Origin: Methylocella sp.
Lineage (GTDB): Bacteria; Pseudomonadota; Alphaproteobacteria; Rhizobiales; Beijerinckiaceae
Length of the DNA: 64,000 bases
Direction of reading: 5' to 3'
Assembly (NCBI GenBank): GCA_035687205.1
Contig: DASRYK010000074.1
Location: forward strand, 728-64,727
Shown here: positions 9,211 through 19,044 of the stretch, in pieces
Layout of the letters: each line of letters opens with the position of its first letter
Position numbering within the stretch: the stretch's first letter is position 1
The notes under the pieces: generated by a model
Database searches by the model: none
Seen by the model: only the letters and a program-made list of their open reading frames with translations
Told to the model about the DNA's origin: nothing
Made by a program: the position numbers and the translations under genes

Positions 9211-12200
9211 GCCTGCTCCCCCTGGGTGAAGGCGGCAAGAACGGCAAGCGCCGAGTTGCTCCGGGTTTGCCAAAAGCCGCGGGCACGGGCGTTCTCAAAG
9301 CATTTCGCAAGAGCGCGGGCAGCCCTCGGATTGGCGCTCATAAGAAATTCCCTCACTTCAGGTTTCCCAAGCGTCGCCCCGAACAAAAGATCGAAATGCT
9401 GGCTCCCCACCGCTTCGCTCAGCACCGCGAAAGCATAAAGATTGTCGGCCGCTGCCGCAATTTCCGCCGCGCCGCGATGGCCGTGCCGCATCTGGCCTGC
9501 GATCCAGCGCGGATTGGCGGCCCGGCCGCGCACCACTCTTGCGATTTCCTCCTTCAAAGTGCGCACCTTGACCGAAGCCGGCCTCGCGGTATTGGCATGA
9601 TAAAGCGTCACTTCGTTTCCGAGCAGACGCGCGGCCGCCGCAAAACCGCCCTCATGATCGGCGGTTTCGCTCGAATCGAGCACATCTCCTTCGTCCTGGT
9701 CCTGGCTGTGCACAAAGGCATCGGCAGTGGCAACCCGCCCAGCAAAATTTCTTGACGGAATGCCTTCGGCCAAAGCGCCGCAATAGGCATGGGACGCGGA
9801 AGCAAGGTAACGCGCTGCCAACGCCTCAGCAGGCAGCATCGGGTTCGCATCGATTGCCTCTGCCAGACCGATGCCGTAGACACCGGGCGCTGTGCCGAAA
9901 ATCCGCAAGGGCGCTTCCCCGGAGCACCGCTGCGCCGCGGCAAGCGGGTTGTGCTCATCGTCTTCGTCCAATGCGCCAACGGCTCGCACGGCTTGGCCGA
10001 AAAGCGTGACCTGCGCCGGAAAGACATCGCGGAAAAGGCCGGAGATCCGCAAAGTCACATCGACCCTCGGGCGCCCGAGGCTCGCGCAGGGGATGATCTC
10101 GAAGCCCGTCACGCGGGCGGAGGCATTATCCCAAAGCGGCCTGACGCCAAGAAGGGCAAGCGCTTGGGCAAGGTCTTCGCCCCCTGTGCGCATGGCGGCG
10201 CTTGCCCAAAGATCCATGACAATCCGCTTTGGCCACTCGCCATGATCTTGAAGATAGCGGGTCAGGACTTCTTGCGCAGCAGCGCGCCCCGTCTCCCAGG
10301 CGGTTCGAGAAGGCACGGCGCGCGGATCGGTTCCATAGAGATTGCGCCCTGTCGGCAGCACATCGATCCTGCCGCGGGACGGCGCTCCGCCAGGCCCCGG
10401 CGGGACAAAGCCGCCATCAAGCGCCTCGAGAAGCGCGGCGCGCTCGGCAGGCCCGCACGACCCCATGAGGCGGCCGATTCTCTGAACCGCTTCCTCGCCG
10501 CCATCCGCCGCCCCGGCTGCGCCCAGAATGGCAGCGGCCGCAGCCGCGAGACCGCCTTCCGGCGGCCGCCCGAAAATATGCAAACCGTCGGCGATCCGCA
10601 TTTCCTTCACATCGCAGAGCCAGCCGTCGAGTTGGCGCAGCGCGTCGGCAGGAGCCGCATCCTCATTGAGGCCGCATTCGTGAAAGAGCCCCGTCTCGCG
10701 GGCGCGCGTAAGGATGGCCTTTGCCAGACGCTTGGCGCGCTTGGGATCGAGCGCCTCGGCCGCGGCATATTCATCAAACAGGGTTTCAAGCTCGAGCGCT
10801 GCGCCATGATGGCCGGCATGGATGAGGGGCGGAGTCAGATGGCTGATGGTTAGGGCGCAGATGCGCCGTTTTGCCTGCGCCGCCTCGCCCGGGTTATTGA
10901 CGATGAAGGGATAGATGACGGGCAGCGGGCCGAGAACCGCCTCTGGAGCGCAGCTTCTGTCCAGCGCCACCGCCTTGCCGGGCAGCCATTCGAGCGTGCC
11001 ATGGGTGCCGCAATGGATGATGGCATGGACCTTTTCGCATTCGCGCAGCCAAGCGTAGAAAGCGATATAAGCATGGCAGGGCGCAAGCGCGGCATCGTGA
11101 TAATCCGCCTTGCGGGTTTCGCGATTGCCGCGATCGGGCTGGAGCGCAATGAGCAAATTTCCGGCGCGGATCACTGGAAAAACAAATGCGCCGCCCTCCG
11201 CGGCATCCCGGGGATCACCCCACTGCGCGCGCACTTGCCCGGCAAATGCTGCGGGCATGTCATCGAATGCGCGGAGATAACTCGAAAGAGGAAAGAGCGC
11301 TGCTCCGGCGCCCTCTTCGAGGCGGCGCATCATACTTTCCGCGCGCGGCAGCGGCGTAACGCTGTAGCCGGCTTCTTGAAGGATCCTGGCGATCTCCGCC
11401 GCGCTGCCTGCGGTGTCGAGGCCAACGGCATAGCCGCCGCGGCCTTGCCTTCCCGGATAGTCTGGCAGGATACAGGCGATCTTGCGCCGGGCGCGCGGGG
11501 TCCTGCGCAGGATCACCCATGAAGCGGCCAGGCTCGCCACAAATTCCGTGCGTGACGGCAGCGGAGCATGAACCCGCGGGGCGAATTCGAGATCGGCACG
11601 GCGGCTTGCTTCCTCTTTGAAAGCAAAGGCGCGGGTTATCAGCCGCCCGTCGAGCTCCGGGAGGACGGCATTCATTGCAAGATCCGCAGCGCCCAGGCCG
11701 CGGGGATTATTCCGCCACTGCGCCTCTTCAGCGCTTGAGAGGATTGCCTGCAGCACCGGCACGCGGGCCTCATCGAGAACGCTAGATTCATCTTCGAGGC
11801 GCGCTGAAAAGCCTGTTGTGTTGACGATGATGTCAGGCCTGCAGCGGGAAAGCTCCTCGCGAAGCCAAGCAATGGCCTCCGTCTCCTTGAGACTGGCCAC
11901 AAAGACCGCCGTCACGGAAAGACCGCGCGCGGCAAGCACATCCGCCAGAGCCTCAATCGCCGCCGTGTCGCCCGCTAATAAGTAGGAGCGGTAGAATACA
12001 ATGAGAGCTTTGCCCAAGCAGGGCTCTGCCCTGCGGCAGCCGCCCTCGTAGCGCCCAGCGGAGGGAGCCGCTGAGGCAGGCGGCAGCGCCCGCCAAACCG
12101 GAGCTTCGCGCTCAAAGCTTTCGGCAAAAGCCAGCACCGCACCCACATGTTCGACCCCGCCCATCTGGAAAGCAGCGTGAATGCGCCGGAGATCAGCAAT

Positions 12201-12593
12201 GGGCACCGTCGAAGCCGCATCGAGCCTCTCGTCTTCCGTCGAGTCGCCCGGCACGGCGGCAAAGGCAAACCCTTTGCTGCGCGCCGCGCGCGCGAGCTCC
12301 TCGATACCATAGCGCCAATAATCGAGCCCGCCCAAGAGGCGGACCAGAACGAAGCGCGCATGGCCCACGGTTTTCTCAAGATAAAGATCAACCGAATAAG
12401 GGTGCTTGAGCCAGGCAAGATTGGCTAGCCTGAGGCTCATGGCGCCGGGGGGGCGCTGCCGCGCGGTTTCCGCCACAAGGCTCAGATCGCTGTCCGAATA
12501 GGAAAGAAACAAAATGCCAGCGGGAGTCTGGCCAAGGTCGGCGGCCGCTTCGGCCTCGTCCAGAGATCGCGAATCGATCCGCAAGAGATGCAT
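9207..12593 (-). CDS. cobN: Cobaltochelatase subunit CobN
   Basis: MHLL N-terminus, HCGTHGTLEWLPGK, YPFIVNNPGEAAQAKRR, LPTGRN, RVDVTLRISGLFRDVFP. Confidence 0.96.
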   Translation of the reverse strand: MHLLRIDSRSLDEAEAAADLGQTPAGILFLSYSDSDLSLVAETARQRPPGAMSLRLANLAWLKHPYSVDLYLEKTVGHARFVLVRLLGGLDYWRYGIEELARAARSKGFAFAAVPGDSTEDERLDAASTVPIADLRRIHAAFQMGGVEHVGAVLAFAESFEREAPVWRALPPASAAPSAGRYEGGCRRAEPCLGKALIVFYRSYLLAGDTAAIEALADVLAARGLSVTAVFVASLKETEAIAWLREELSRCRPDIIVNTTGFSARLEDESSVLDEARVPVLQAILSSAEEAQWRNNPRGLGAADLAMNAVLPELDGRLITRAFAFKEEASRRADLEFAPRVHAPLPSRTEFVASLAASWVILRRTPRARRKIACILPDYPGRQGRGGYAVGLDTAGSAAEIARILQEAGYSVTPLPRAESMMRRLEEGAGAALFPLSSYLRAFDDMPAAFAGQVRAQWGDPRDAAEGGAFVFPVIRAGNLLIALQPDRGNRETRKADYHDAALAPCHAYIAFYAWLRECEKVHAIIHCGTHGTLEWLPGKAVALDRSCAPEAVLGPLPVIYPFIVNNPGEAAQAKRRICALTISHLTPPLIHAGHHGAALELETLFDEYAAAEALDPKRAKRLAKAILTRARETGLFHECGLNEDAAPADALRQLDGWLCDVKEMRIADGLHIFGRPPEGGLAAAAAAILGAAGAADGGEEAVQRIGRLMGSCGPAERAALLEALDGGFVPPGPGGAPSRGRIDVLPTGRNLYGTDPRAVPSRTAWETGRAAAQEVLTRYLQDHGEWPKRIVMDLWASAAMRTGGEDLAQALALLGVRPLWDNASARVTGFEIIPCASLGRPRVDVTLRISGLFRDVFPAQVTLFGQAVRAVGALDEDDEHNPLAAAQRCSGEAPLRIFGTAPGVYGIGLAEAIDANPMLPAEALAARYLASASHAYCGALAEGIPSRNFAGRVATADAFVHSQDQDEGDVLDSSETADHEGGFAAAARLLGNEVTLYHANTARPASVKVRTLKEEIARVVRGRAANPRWIAGQMRHGHRGAAEIAAAADNLYAFAVLSEAVGSQHFDLLFGATLGKPEVREFLMSANPRAARALAKCFENARARGFWQTRSNSALAVLAAFTQGEQA

Positions 12594-12596
12594 GGC

Positions 12597-13640
12597 CTAA
12601 AGCTGCCCGCTCGCTAGCTCATTCGCAACCGACACTTTGTCAAATCCCTTCTGCCCGATGATCACGAGCTGCCCCTGCCGCGGCTCGCCTTCCTCCCAGG
12701 GGCGGCCGAACGACTTCTGAAAACGCTTTCCGACGCCCTGGACGAGAAGACGCGCAGGCTTTCCTTGCACCTCGACAAATCCCTTGATCCTGAGAACGCC
12801 AAAGCGCTCCGCAATCCCTGCCAGCTTGCACAACAAGGCATCGCCATCGCCGACGGCGCCAGTCTCAACGACGGCGCTTTCGAAATCATCGTGATCATGC
12901 TCCCCCGCTGCATCGTGATGCGATGGCCTTGCGGCGAGATCGTCCTCAGCCGCCGCGCCGAGTCCGAGCAGCACCGCCGGATTGAGCCTGCCCTCGCGCG
13001 CTGGGACGATCTTGACCGCGCGGGGAACGCGCTCCGCAAGATCCGCAGCGATGCTCTGCAGCGTTTCCTGACTGATGAGGTCGGCCTTGTTGAGGACGAT
13101 GAGATCGGCGCAAAGAAGCTGATCTTCAAAGACTTCCTCGAGAGGATTGTCATGCGCGATGGAGGGGTCTGCCTCCCGCTGCTGGGCAAGCTTTGCCGGA
13201 TCGGCCGCAAAGCGGCCATCTGCCACCGCCTCGCCATCAACAACCGCGATCACGCCATCAACGGTGAGCCGGGCACGGATGAGGGGCCAGTCAAATGCCT
13301 TGACCAAGGGCTTCGGCAAAGCAAGGCCTGAAGTTTCGATGACGATATGACTGGGGAGCGGCTGAAGTGAGAGAAGCTGCTCAATCGCAGGAAGAAAATC
13401 ATCGGCAACCGTGCAGCAGAGGCAGCCATTGGCAAGCTCGATGATCCTGTCCGCCGGGCAGGCGGGATCGCCGCAGCCGTTCACGATCTGAGCATCGACT
13501 CCGATATCGCCGAACTCGTTGATGAGAAGCGCAAGGCGGCGGCCCTGGCTGCTTTCCAGAAGATGCCGGATGAGCGTTGTTTTACCCGCGCCGAGAAATC
13601 CGGTGATGATTGTGACGGGGATTTTGGAAAGGGGCATCAT
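12597..13640 (-). CDS. cobW: Cobalamin biosynthesis GTPase CobW
   Basis: KIPVTIITGFLGAGKTT, NEFGD, ELANGCLCC, IETSGLALPKPLV, NKAD, QGVG. Confidence 0.95.
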   Translation of the reverse strand: MMPLSKIPVTIITGFLGAGKTTLIRHLLESSQGRRLALLINEFGDIGVDAQIVNGCGDPACPADRIIELANGCLCCTVADDFLPAIEQLLSLQPLPSHIVIETSGLALPKPLVKAFDWPLIRARLTVDGVIAVVDGEAVADGRFAADPAKLAQQREADPSIAHDNPLEEVFEDQLLCADLIVLNKADLISQETLQSIAADLAERVPRAVKIVPAREGRLNPAVLLGLGAAAEDDLAARPSHHDAAGEHDHDDFESAVVETGAVGDGDALLCKLAGIAERFGVLRIKGFVEVQGKPARLLVQGVGKRFQKSFGRPWEEGEPRQGQLVIIGQKGFDKVSVANELASGQL

Positions 13641-13740
13641 GGGCGGTTACCCGGTTCTTTGGCGCATGCGGGTGCCGCGGAGCTGTGGAAGCGGAAAGAA
13701 CCAGTCTTCCGCGCCGGGCGCAGACCAGCCCGGCCCCGGC

Positions 13741-13769
13741 GAAATTCCGGAGCACCCCGCCGGAATTTC
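13741..13769 (-). promoter_or_regulatory. 10-bp stem-loop in the riboswitch expression platform
   Basis: GAAATTCCGG-N9-CCGGAATTTC between the aptamer and the cobW start. No U-tract, so not a classical intrinsic terminator. Confidence 0.55.
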
Positions 13770-13774
13770 CCGGT

Positions 13775-13972
13775 CGAACGGCAGGTTTCCTGGCTCGCGG
13801 ATCATGGCCTTGCGCCGCCTTCCCAGAGGATGGCTGATCATCCTCCAGTGGCACCGTTGGCGCGCGGCGATCCGCCGACAGTTGCGGGGGCAGCCGTGGC
13901 TTGAGCGGCTTGCCTTGCGAGGCAAGCCCCGGACCACATTCCCTTTTACCCCCCGGAGGGGACCGTTGCAGT
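13775..13972 (-). ncRNA. Cobalamin (AdoCbl) riboswitch
   Basis: Minus strand reads AAAGGGAA...GGCTGCCCCCGCAACTGT...GCCACTGG...GGGAAGG...GAGCCAGGAAACCTGCC, the conserved B12-element boxes, in the cobW leader. Confidence 0.93.
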
Positions 13973-14000
13973 TTCAAGAGTAGCCGGAACCGCAGGCGTG

Positions 14001-14654
14001 TCAATCCGCGCGGCGCAGGCCGGCCATCTGCTGCTCGACCGCGAGCCGGATGAGATCGGCAGTCCTGGCAAGACCGAGCTTGCTTTTGATGCGGCTGCAA
14101 TTGTTCGCTACTGTCTTGTAGCTGAGCCCAGCCGCCGCAGCGATCTCGTGCAAGCTGTAGCCTTCGCCAAGGAGGCGCAGAATTTCGAGATCACGGGGGC
14201 CAAGATCCTTAAAGGGATGCGCGGGGGATGCTCTCCCTGGCGAGCGGACAGCGAGCAAGGCAAGCTCCTGCGCAATCTCCTGCTCGATATAGGCCTGCCC
14301 GCCGCCGACGCGCTCAATCGCCTCGATGATTTCCTGAGGCGGCGCGTTCTTCGTCACATAGCCGAGCGCCCCGGCCTCGAGCGCCCGCGCGGCGTGTACG
14401 GGGTCGCCGTGCACGCTGAAAACAAGAATGCGGGCGGAAGCGTCGATGCGCAAGAGCTGGCGGATCGTCTCCAAGCCGCCTATCCCCGGCAGATTGAGAT
14501 CCATGATGACGAGACCGGGGCGGTCTTCCTCGAAGCTTGCCAGGGCCTCCTTTGCTGTGGCCGCCTCGCGGATATTGCTGTCGTGATCCTTGTGGATCAG
14601 GCGCCTGAGCCCCGCGCGGACGATTGGATGATCGTCAACGATCAATACCTTCAT
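14001..14654 (-). CDS. NarL/FixJ-family response regulator (MxcE/MxaB-like)
   Basis: VLIVDDHPIVRAG receiver domain, MDLNLPG phosphoacceptor, LuxR HTH with SYKTVANNCSRIKSKLG. Confidence 0.9.
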   Translation of the reverse strand: MKVLIVDDHPIVRAGLRRLIHKDHDSNIREAATAKEALASFEEDRPGLVIMDLNLPGIGGLETIRQLLRIDASARILVFSVHGDPVHAARALEAGALGYVTKNAPPQEIIEAIERVGGGQAYIEQEIAQELALLAVRSPGRASPAHPFKDLGPRDLEILRLLGEGYSLHEIAAAAGLSYKTVANNCSRIKSKLGLARTADLIRLAVEQQMAGLRRAD

Positions 14655-16027
14655 GCGCTGCCGCCATTTGAAGCGCCGCGGACCGGCTTGCCTTTGGCCG
14701 GGCAGGGAAAGGTCGCCATGACCGCAACGCCAAGCCCTTCCCCCCGCGCGAGGACAAGCTGCCCGCCAAGCGCATGAACACGCTCCCGCATCCCCTTCAG
14801 GCCCAAGCCGTGGCCGGGCTCATCGGCCATGCGATGCCCATCGTTAGCGACCTCCACAGTGACAGAGCCGGACTCCGGGCCGTCCGGCACAGAGCGTGTC
14901 ACGGACACGGAAATCTCTGCCGGATCGCCATGCCTGATGGCATTGCTCAAGGATTCCTGCACTATCCGGTAGATCGCGACATCAATCAACGGCCCGAAAC
15001 TCGCCTCGTCCGGCGGCAGATGGACGAGAATCCGTATGCCGGGCCGGCGTCTGCGCCAGAACTCGACAAGGCTCATGATGCCCGCAGCCAAGCCGAAATC
15101 ATCGAGGACAGCCGGGCGCAGCCTGTTGAGCATCACGCGGATTTGGCGCTGCATATGGCTTACGGCGTCAAGCGTGGACTGGATTTGCCCCGCGATCTCT
15201 CCGCCGCGGCCCTGGCTGGAGAGCTGAGCGATCGCGGCAAGATCAGCATTAACGGAGAAGAGAAAAGGGCTGATCTCGTCGTGAAGATCGCGCGCGATCT
15301 CCTTGCGCTCCTCTTCCTGTAAAGTAAGAAGCCTTTCTGTAAGGCAGCGCTGCTCACGGTCCAGATCGGCGAGTTTGCAAGCCATGCGATTAAAGCTTTG
15401 CTGAAGCCGCAGCAGCTCTGGGACAGGATTCTTTCCTGTAATCATTGCGTAGTCCCCGTGGCTCACCTGCACAAGCGCGCCCGAGAGACGCTCCAAGGGC
15501 TGCAAGGCCCGCCCAATGAAGTAATAGATCAGAAAAATGCTCGCTCCAAAGAATAAGCCGAGAACTGCAAGACTGTCACCGAGCGCATTCCAGACTTCGA
15601 CAATCTCATTGCCGGGGTCGGTTTCTATGAGGATGCTTCCATAGTCCTGTCCAGCGATGGTAACTGGAACCCGTTCGGAAAGGGGTGCGATGCCGAGGAG
15701 TCTTACGAACCATTGCGGGACTTTTCCGAAATAGGGCGATTCGGAAGGCGGCTTGACAGCGGAGGCCGCATTCCCGGTTAGCGAAACGCGAAGATGCCTG
15801 CTGCCCTCAAAGGAAGCCACAAGCTCTTGGAGGCGACGCCGCCCTTCAGGAGATTCGGGAATGCGCTTTAACGCGCTTTCGGCAACTTGCCTTCCGACTT
15901 GCAGAGCCGACTTCATTTCGGTTTGGACCGAGCGCGCGGCATGAAGAACCACGGCCGCTCCCTCTACAGCGAGGCTGAGAGCGAGGACAAGCGCAATGAG
16001 GCAAATCAGACGCAGCCGGAGAGACAT
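14651..16027 (-). CDS. HisKA_3 sensor kinase, MoxY/MxcQ-like
   Basis: MSLRLRL TM1, periplasmic domain, TM2 and HAMP, QEEERKEIARDLHDE, QESLSNAIRH, GLGLKGMRERV. ATGA overlap with the regulator. Confidence 0.88.
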   Translation of the reverse strand: MSLRLRLICLIALVLALSLAVEGAAVVLHAARSVQTEMKSALQVGRQVAESALKRIPESPEGRRRLQELVASFEGSRHLRVSLTGNAASAVKPPSESPYFGKVPQWFVRLLGIAPLSERVPVTIAGQDYGSILIETDPGNEIVEVWNALGDSLAVLGLFFGASIFLIYYFIGRALQPLERLSGALVQVSHGDYAMITGKNPVPELLRLQQSFNRMACKLADLDREQRCLTERLLTLQEEERKEIARDLHDEISPFLFSVNADLAAIAQLSSQGRGGEIAGQIQSTLDAVSHMQRQIRVMLNRLRPAVLDDFGLAAGIMSLVEFWRRRRPGIRILVHLPPDEASFGPLIDVAIYRIVQESLSNAIRHGDPAEISVSVTRSVPDGPESGSVTVEVANDGHRMADEPGHGLGLKGMRERVHALGGQLVLARGEGLGVAVMATFPCPAKGKPVRGASNGGSA

Positions 16028-16268
16028 GAGACCCGTTAACTGAGCCGGCAGCTTCGCCGGAGAGAAAGAGCCAAGGGAGCATGCCACGGCGCGGGGCGCA
16101 ATGACTTCCCTCGCATGCGCATGTCTTCCCTGGCCATGAAAGCGCTTTGCACGCAGGCAAGCCTTGTCTCCCGCCCTTCGGGCAGGCTGGCAGACACAGC
16201 AGGATGACTCCTGCCGGCCGGGGCCAGGCGCGCCGATAAACAGCGCCGCTCAAGAAGAAGACCGGAAA

Positions 16269-16371
16269 TCAGGAATATTTCCTAAATAAGGCGGGATTTT
16301 TTCCCGGTGTTCTTAGGATTTCATGTAATAGTATCCTACAAGCTGGACAATCGCTATCGCCATTTAGGAAA
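16269..16371. promoter_or_regulatory. Cluster of TAGGA/TCCTA half-sites in the divergent kinase/TBDR promoter
   Basis: AGGAATATTTCCTA (16271-16284); TAGGAT-N13-ATCCTA (16314-16338); TTTCCTAAAT (16278-16287) inverted relative to ATTTAGGAAA (16362-16371). Confidence 0.45.
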
Positions 16372-16501
16372 ACTTCCTCTGTTAAAAATGAATTATTTCC
16401 AAACGATGCTTCATGGGCAGGATGCATTGTTGCAACAGTCCCCAAATATTTCACATAGACTTACAAAGCTCGTCTTGTCACGTTAAGCCCAGGGCTTTTA
16501 A

Positions 16502-18961
16502 TTGACGGCAATGAAGATCTTGCCGGATATGGGGCGAAACGACATGCGGTGCAGTGCGGGCGTATACAAATCTATTGGATTCTGGGCAGCCAGCCTCGGC
16601 GCAGCGGTCACATCAGGAGCCCCCGCTATTGCAGAAACCGCATCGCCACAATTGGCGATCAAGCTTCCCGAAGTCGAGGTGGTCTCGACCTCGCCTTTGC
16701 CGGGAGAAGGCGAAAACCGCGACAAGATCCCGGCGATGGTGCAAACCGTCCCCGCTGCTGAATTCTCGCGCATAAATTCGCAAAATATCACCGACACGCT
16801 GCAGCAGCAGATTCCAGCGGCAGTCTCGATTGACGTCAATGGAAACCCTTTCTCGCAGGATCTGCGCTACCGCGGCTTTGTCGCTTCGCCGCTGCAGGGC
16901 CAGCCGCAGGGTCTTGCTGTCTATCAGAACGGAATCCGCGTCAATGAGGCCTTCGGGGACACGGTGAACTGGGATCTCATCCCGCCACAAGCTATCTACC
17001 GCGCCGACATTTTCACCAATAATCCCGTTTTTGGGCTGAACGCGCTCGGCGGCGCAATTAGCCTGCAAATGAAGAACGGCTTTCTCTGGCAAGGGCTTGA
17101 GACGCAAGGATTGGGCGGCTCTTTCGGGCGCGTCAGCGGATACTTCGAATATGGTAAACAATCAGGCGACTACAGCGTTTACGTCACAGGCGATGCGACG
17201 CGCGACGGAGGCTGGCGGTACTTCTCGCCTTCAACCCTTTTCAGGGTTTACGGTGATGCAGGTTACCGCGCGCCGGGCAATGAGCTTCATTTCACCGCCT
17301 CAGGAGCAAGAAATATGCTCGGCGTCGTCGGCCCGACGCCCGTGGGCTTGCTTCTCGTCAACGACAGCGCGGTGTTCACATCGCCGCAGAAGACCATCAA
17401 CAGCGTTGGCACTCTCGCCTTAAACGGCAGGTTCGAGATTGATCCCAAATGGTCGGTCGTGAGCAATTTCTATATGCGCAGCTTCATGCAGCACCATACG
17501 GATGGAAACGATTCCGACATCCAGAACTGCGCAGAAAACGATCAGCCAAACAATTTCGGCGGATTCCTCTGCCTGGCGGACGAAAACTTCTCCGGCCTTG
17601 GAAATGGCAATGCCTTCGTCATCCTAGGCGGCAACGGTAAACCCATTCCTTTTGCAGAAGGCGCCGTTTACGGGACCATCGACCGCACTTTCGTGCATGC
17701 GACAACCTTTGGAACTGCTCTGCAAGCAACAAACAACGATATATTCTTTGAGCATCAAAACTATCTGACATTTGGCGCAAGCGTGGACCGCAGCCTATTC
17801 AGTTTCGGAGCGAACAGCCAGATTGGCGACATCTTTCCCAATCTCGTTGTCGGCACGGCGCCTTTCCCAGGCTTGGGCTCCTTCATCGCGACCGCAGGCG
17901 AGATCGGCTATGTGCCCACCTATCTTACCGGCAACACAACGTATTACGGCGTCTACACGCTCGATACCTTCAACATTACGCCGGAGCTTGCATTGACCGC
18001 GGGAGCGCGGCTCAACATCGCCCAAATCTTGACGCAGGATATCACCGGCCATGGCCCTGAGCTCAACATCAGCGACACATTCTCGCGCATCAATCCCGTC
18101 GCGGGCCTGACTTACAAACTGCTTCCCACCGTGACGGCCTATGGAGGCTATTCGGAGGCCAACCGCGCGCCAACGCCGCTGGAGCTCGATTGCGCGAACC
18201 CCAACCGCCCCTGTCTTCTTGAGAACTCCCTTGTGTCTGATCCTCCGCTTCAGCAAGTCGTCGCACATACTTTCGAAGCCGGCCTGCGCGGAGGGCAGCC
18301 GGTCTTCGAGAGCGGCAGCATCGAATGGAAGGCAGGTTTTTTCCGCACCGAGAGCACGAACGATATTGTTGCCCTCGCAAGCACAATCCCTGGGCGCGGC
18401 TATTTCGCAAATGTCCCATCAACTCTGCGCCAGGGGGTCGAAGCCGAAGCAAGGGTCCAATATGGGAATCTCTCAGCCTATCTGAATTATGCTTTCGTCG
18501 ATGCAACCTACCAGTTCACGGGAACTCTGGCGTCTCCGAATAATCCCTTTGCCAACGAGCAAGGAAACATCCTTGTCACGCCAGGAGACCATATTCCGGG
18601 AATTCCGCGGAATTTGTTCAAGGCCGGCTGCGACATTGCGCTAACCCCCGAGTTCAAGATCGGGACGGATGTGCTGCTCGCCGGCGCGCAATATTTCGTT
18701 GGTGACGATTCCAATCAAAACCCAAAGCTGCCACTTTACTGGATCGCTAATATTTTTGCTTTCTACCAGATGGATGAGAACATCCAGTTTTTCGGACGCG
18801 TCAACAATATCTTCAACAACAGAAACGCGACCTACGGCACCTTTTTCGAGACGGACACAAATGCCCAGCTCGCCACCGCAACCCCCTTTTCTTTCGATCC
18901 GCGAACGGTCACGCCGCTGCAGCCTGTCTCTTTGTACGGCGGGGTGAAAGTCACATTTTAG
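16502..18961 (+). CDS. TonB-dependent outer-membrane receptor
   Basis: Signal peptide, LPEVEVVST TonB box, plug GNPFSQDLRYRGFVASPLQG...NEAFGDTVNWDLIP, C-terminal YGGVKVTF. Start could be ATG 16511 or later. Confidence 0.93.
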   Translation: MTAMKILPDMGRNDMRCSAGVYKSIGFWAASLGAAVTSGAPAIAETASPQLAIKLPEVEVVSTSPLPGEGENRDKIPAMVQTVPAAEFSRINSQNITDTLQQQIPAAVSIDVNGNPFSQDLRYRGFVASPLQGQPQGLAVYQNGIRVNEAFGDTVNWDLIPPQAIYRADIFTNNPVFGLNALGGAISLQMKNGFLWQGLETQGLGGSFGRVSGYFEYGKQSGDYSVYVTGDATRDGGWRYFSPSTLFRVYGDAGYRAPGNELHFTASGARNMLGVVGPTPVGLLLVNDSAVFTSPQKTINSVGTLALNGRFEIDPKWSVVSNFYMRSFMQHHTDGNDSDIQNCAENDQPNNFGGFLCLADENFSGLGNGNAFVILGGNGKPIPFAEGAVYGTIDRTFVHATTFGTALQATNNDIFFEHQNYLTFGASVDRSLFSFGANSQIGDIFPNLVVGTAPFPGLGSFIATAGEIGYVPTYLTGNTTYYGVYTLDTFNITPELALTAGARLNIAQILTQDITGHGPELNISDTFSRINPVAGLTYKLLPTVTAYGGYSEANRAPTPLELDCANPNRPCLLENSLVSDPPLQQVVAHTFEAGLRGGQPVFESGSIEWKAGFFRTESTNDIVALASTIPGRGYFANVPSTLRQGVEAEARVQYGNLSAYLNYAFVDATYQFTGTLASPNNPFANEQGNILVTPGDHIPGIPRNLFKAGCDIALTPEFKIGTDVLLAGAQYFVGDDSNQNPKLPLYWIANIFAFYQMDENIQFFGRVNNIFNNRNATYGTFFETDTNAQLATATPFSFDPRTVTPLQPVSLYGGVKVTF

Positions 18962-19044
18962 CTGCGACCGGGCCTGGCCTTTCTTTCCCCTTCATCATGA
19001 AGTAAAGCTGGCTAGGCTTTCGCGCAGCGCAAGGCAGGGGACTT

